Origin: Patescibacteria group bacterium
Lineage (GTDB): Bacteria > Patescibacteriota > Patescibacteriia > UBA1558 > GWA2-36-10
Assembly: GCA_028718865.1 (NCBI GenBank)
Contig: JAQUKX010000002.1
Location: forward strand, 8,047-72,046
Reading direction: 5' to 3'
Length of the DNA stretch: 64,000 nt
Part shown: piece by piece, positions 61,059-64,000 of the stretch
How positions within the stretch are numbered: the first letter of the stretch is position 1
Layout: each line of letters opens with the position of its first letter
Position numbers and translations under genes: made by a program
The notes under the pieces: model-generated
Told to the model about the DNA's origin: nothing
The model's input: only the letters and a program-made list of their open reading frames with translations
Databases searched by the model: none

Positions 61059-61253
61059 TTACTTTTTATGTTTCTTTTTTACATTACTCGTTTCTTCAAG
61101 AAAGGCGTTGAGATCAGACTGTTTGATTCTCCAGACTCCGAGCTTGGAAGCCTTTAATCGACCAGCCTCAATATACCGAGTAACTGTGCGAGTATGTACT
61201 CGCAATATGTCGGCGATTTCCTCAATAGTGAAAAGTTTTTCGATGTCGTTCAT
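61059..61253 (-). CDS. Excisionase-like HTH DNA-binding protein
   Basis: FTIEEIADILRVHTRTVTRYIEAGRLKASKLGVWRI. Confidence 0.88.
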   Translation of the reverse strand: MNDIEKLFTIEEIADILRVHTRTVTRYIEAGRLKASKLGVWRIKQSDLNAFLEETSNVKKKHKK

Positions 61254-61334
61254 AAAATTGCTTTAGGCGTTGATATCATTTTATCGCTTCTGCTTTCCGT
61301 TGTCAAAATCGCCGTCTTTTGTCATAATGTCTTT

Positions 61335-61520
61335 ATGGAGACTAAATACTCAAAAATGGAAGTGCTCGAGCGACCGAAGTTGGTCAATCGGCCGACATGT
61401 AAAACCTTCAAGCTCGAGGGTGGGTGTTGGGATTGTGGCCATACGAAATTCCGCTATTACAATTCCGTATTCGGTAAACGATATTACCAATGTGAGAAGT
61501 GTCGGGCGATCAATCATTAG
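61335..61520 (+). CDS. Small zinc-ribbon protein
   Basis: CWDCG...CEKC; likely start METKY. Confidence 0.5.
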   Translation: METKYSKMEVLERPKLVNRPTCKTFKLEGGCWDCGHTKFRYYNSVFGKRYYQCEKCRAINH

Positions 61521-61522
61521 AT

Positions 61523-61586
61523 TTTACTATATCAGCCGGTTGATATAGTAAACGGCTTTACTGTCTCAGTTGAGTGATATAGTAAA
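61523..61586. promoter_or_regulatory. Two tandem 12-6-12 palindromic sites
   Basis: TTTACTATATCA-gccggt-TGATATAGTAAA and TTTACTGTCTCA-gttgag-TGATATAGTAAA. Confidence 0.7.
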
Positions 61587-61755
61587 CTGGAAAGGGCGTT
61601 TATCACCCCTTCTAGTTAAAAAATGAACTCCGTCAACTTTCTGTCAGTTTTTGTCAGACAAATTATTGTCCACAGCAAACAGCTCTTGCGGCGTTTTTCC
61701 GGATCAGCTAAAATACATACATTAGAGTTAGTTAGTCTGACGGCGACTGAATTTT

Positions 61756-61964
61756 CAGTCTAAACGCGACGGGACTACGACTTCTGTTATCAAACCTTTC
61801 CGCTTTGTTGTGGATCGGAACTTGGTGACAAGAGTCGTGGTCCCTTTTTCGTTTCTAACCGGCTCTGCAAATTAATTTTTCCCTCTGAGGCTAAGGTGCC
61901 CAGATTAGACTGACGAATTTGATTAGACAGATAAAGGCTAGCTCCCAGCAGGGGCCAGCCTTTT
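61756..61964 (+). ncRNA. Candidate structured leader of the replication operon
   Basis: Stems 61771-61782/61833-61844 and 61756-61763/61905-61912, plus a hairpin ending at the ATG; upstream TTGCGG-17-TAAAAT. Confidence 0.45.
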
Positions 61965-62165
61965 ATGTTGCCCCAGGAAGCAATCCAAGAATTTAAAACA
62001 CTGTATGAAAAACGCTACGGCGTGAAGCTCTCCGATGAGGAGGCGTCTTTGCGCGCAAACAATCTTTTCAAACTCTACAAGATTACCTACATGGGTGAGC
62101 CTTCTATTGATGACTTCAAAGAAAAAGTAGTGAAAAGCCATGACCTCAACACCAACCACAATTAG
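61965..62165 (+). CDS. Small hypothetical mobile-element protein
   Basis: MLPQEAIQEFKTLYEKRYGVKLSDEEA. Confidence 0.7.
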   Translation: MLPQEAIQEFKTLYEKRYGVKLSDEEASLRANNLFKLYKITYMGEPSIDDFKEKVVKSHDLNTNHN

Positions 62166-62448
62166 CGAAATACAGTTCTACCCAGTTAAACCCCAGGACG
62201 GCCTCCTTGGGTTTGTTTCGTTTGTGCTGGACGGGAAATTCTGGATGGGATCGGTGGCCGTATTCTCCCGGCGCGAGGGAGGATACCGGCTTGTATATCC
62301 GACACGCAAAGTGGCCGGACAAAACGTGAATATTTTTCATCCGATAAACCACGAAGTCGGCGGCCTGGTCGAGGCAGCCGTCAGTGAAAAAGTAGCTGAA
62401 ATATTTAGTGAATCATATGAACAAACCGAACCGGACAACACGTGGTAA
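62140..62448 (+). CDS. SpoVG-like nucleic-acid-binding protein
   Basis: ISEIQFYPV..GLLGFVSF..YRLVYPTRK..IFHPIN. Confidence 0.75.
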   Translation: MTSTPTTISEIQFYPVKPQDGLLGFVSFVLDGKFWMGSVAVFSRREGGYRLVYPTRKVAGQNVNIFHPINHEVGGLVEAAVSEKVAEIFSESYEQTEPDNTW

Positions 62449-62848
62449 AAGCTTAAATTTCTTTCCAGCTCCTCACCTGATTTTCGATGACAACAGGCTG
62501 AAGAATTCGCTCACGCATGCCGAGCGAGATTTTCTTATGGTGATCTGTCATCTCTCAAACCGCTACGCGAATGCAGACGGCTGGTTTTGGCATACGGACA
62601 GATTGTTTACGACACGCGAAGATAAAGAACGCGGGTTCGCTTCATTCGGGTTCAGCAGATCAACATGTCGACGCGTAAGAAAGAAGCTTGCCGGTCTTGG
62701 GCTTATAGAAACCAGACCGGGAACATCGGAACGTGGCCGGTGGGCCGGAACTTTATATCGTCTTAACCCAAAACTTCTCCACTCTACCAGGGTTCATAAT
62801 GAAGCACGGTCAGGCGTCTTAGAGAATCACGGCCCGGGTCCACCATGA
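62408..62848 (+). CDS. wHTH replication-initiator-like protein
   Basis: LTHAERDFLM..., GFSRSTCRRVRKKLAGLGLI, TLYRL; repeats in the 3' end of the gene. Confidence 0.6.
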   Translation: MNHMNKPNRTTRGKSLNFFPAPHLIFDDNRLKNSLTHAERDFLMVICHLSNRYANADGWFWHTDRLFTTREDKERGFASFGFSRSTCRRVRKKLAGLGLIETRPGTSERGRWAGTLYRLNPKLLHSTRVHNEARSGVLENHGPGPP

Positions 62849-62931
62849 AGCACTTAGTAATAAAGATTGAGTAAGAAAGAGATAATAATAAAGCTTAAAT
62901 AAAGCGAGATAGCTCGTCAAAAATTAAAAAA

Positions 62932-63086
62932 TAGGGGTTGGGCAAAGCTTGGGTGAAACTTGGGCAGATTTCAGGGATACCATAGCGACCAAAGGCGACC
63001 AAAATTCAGTAGTTAGGGGTTGGATAAAACTTGGATGATTTTCAGCAAAACCGACTGGGGCAGAACTGGGGTGAAACTGGGGCAGA
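62932..63086 (+). repeat. 11-bp-period iteron-like repeats
   Basis: TTGGGCAAAGC/TTGGGTGAAAC/TTGGGCAGATT (62938-62970) and ACTGGGGCAGA/ACTGGGGTGAA/ACTGGGGCAGA (63054-63086). Confidence 0.7.
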
Positions 63087-63204
63087 AATTGATACCCATT
63101 CTCTAAATAAAGGCGTAAAATGTAAGTAATCAAGTGTTTGACTTCTTTCGACCTTAGGACCATGTTGTGCTTAGGTCGACAAAATAATTAATGAAAACAA
63201 TCAT

Positions 63205-64000
63205 ATGACAAACAAAGCCAAAATAACCACCGTAATCGCCCTTGTAGCGGTCTTTGGGGCAGGGTTCGGGGTTTATCACCTTCTTGGGAACAAAGCACCG
63301 CGTGAGGCCGTAAAAGCGGACCTTGCGACAATTAAAACATTTGAGCAATGCTCGGATGCCGGTTACCCGATCGTTAAGCATTATCCGGATCAGTGTAAAA
63401 CTCCGGACGGCAGAATATTCGCTGACCAGAATCCACCGGCTAAAAGCGAACTGGATAAAGCCGAGCAAACAATTCGGACGTTCATGGGAGAGCCAAAACT
63501 GGAGTTGCAATACACCGGGCAGAATAATCATCCCGCGAATTTTGCCGTCTTAAGCAACGTTAAACAAAACGATGGCGGATTTACGGCCGACAATCCTGAA
63601 GAATGGGATAGACCGGTCTACATCTTCCAGCAAGCGGATTACATCAACGATCGCTGTGAAGTTTATCAATATCAGGTAACGCAAAAAACGAATCAGGTCG
63701 TGGAAATCGGAATTGTCTATCCGATAGAAAGAAACGCTACGACGCCAGGCAACTGTCCCGATAACGGATCACTGGAAACTCCTCTGAAGACCAAAGCCGA
63801 AATAGAACAAATCGCTTTCGCTTATTTTAGCAGAGACCCGGAACATACGAAATTCATGCTTCGCTCCGACATCCAGCCCCAATACATCTCAAGTAAGCTA
63901 GGTGCAGCAAACCCAGCTGCCAACGAATGGCAATGGGAAGACAAAAACGTCTCACTTCCGGATGGGCTGACCGGCGATCCGTGGCAACACCCGATTGCCA
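63205..64000 (+). CDS. Exported/membrane-anchored protein with a Cys-pair motif; 3' end outside the window, absent from the ORF track
   Basis: MTNKAKITTVIALVAVFGAG...TFEQCSDAGYPIVKHYPDQCKTPDGRIF; frame open to the window end. Confidence 0.8.
   Translation, partial: MTNKAKITTVIALVAVFGAGFGVYHLLGNKAPREAVKADLATIKTFEQCSDAGYPIVKHYPDQCKTPDGRIFADQNPPAKSELDKAEQTIRTFMGEPKLELQYTGQNNHPANFAVLSNVKQNDGGFTADNPEEWDRPVYIFQQADYINDRCEVYQYQVTQKTNQVVEIGIVYPIERNATTPGNCPDNGSLETPLKTKAEIEQIAFAYFSRDPEHTKFMLRSDIQPQYISSKLGAANPAANEWQWEDKNVSLPDGLTGDPWQHPIA

Larger units (their letters stand above)
45673..64000. mobile_element. Integrative element / genomic island extending beyond the window
   Basis: Change in composition and codon style; metal-resistance and RM cargo; excisionase-like HTH, SpoVG-like and Rep-like genes; left edge encodes a start-less tail WLRAVRELRT... 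resembling a serine-recombinase C-terminus. Confidence 0.8.

Noticed and set aside
63154-63553. ORFs 63154-63531 (-) and 63323-63553 (+)
   Set aside because: Shadows of the open frame from 63205 to the window end.

Overview
AT-rich bacterial chromosome segment whose gene content and style point to a CPR/Patescibacteria (probably ABY1-type) genome using genetic code 11 (inference). Bases 1-45.6 kb are backbone: lexA, rpmA, ftsEX, SurA/PrsA-like, ftsB-like, corA, dus, mutM, fba, tpiA, a dac-type peptidase, frameshifted rluB, scpAB, aspS, asnS, an RND pump, an ECF sigma/anti-sigma pair, a pilin-like adhesin, an [FeFe]-hydrogenase with a short NuoF-like partner and an ECF S-component, large surface proteins and tRNAs. 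From ~45,673 to the window end lies an integrative element carrying copper and arsenic resistance modules, methylase/nuclease pairs and a replication/regulatory region. The main finding is a tRNA-Thr(CGT) gene split by three insertions, one of which holds a second, intact tRNA-Thr(CGT) between inverted repeats (29,707-29,976). The tRNA-Thr(GGT) locus shows a similar damaged shell around an intact copy, and two DnaA boxes upstream of lexA appear split by similar palindromic inserts. Second, the island's resistance modules are each preceded by a homologous repeat that starts at the same base, suggesting cassette-like accretion. All product calls come from motif recognition by eye; no database search was run.
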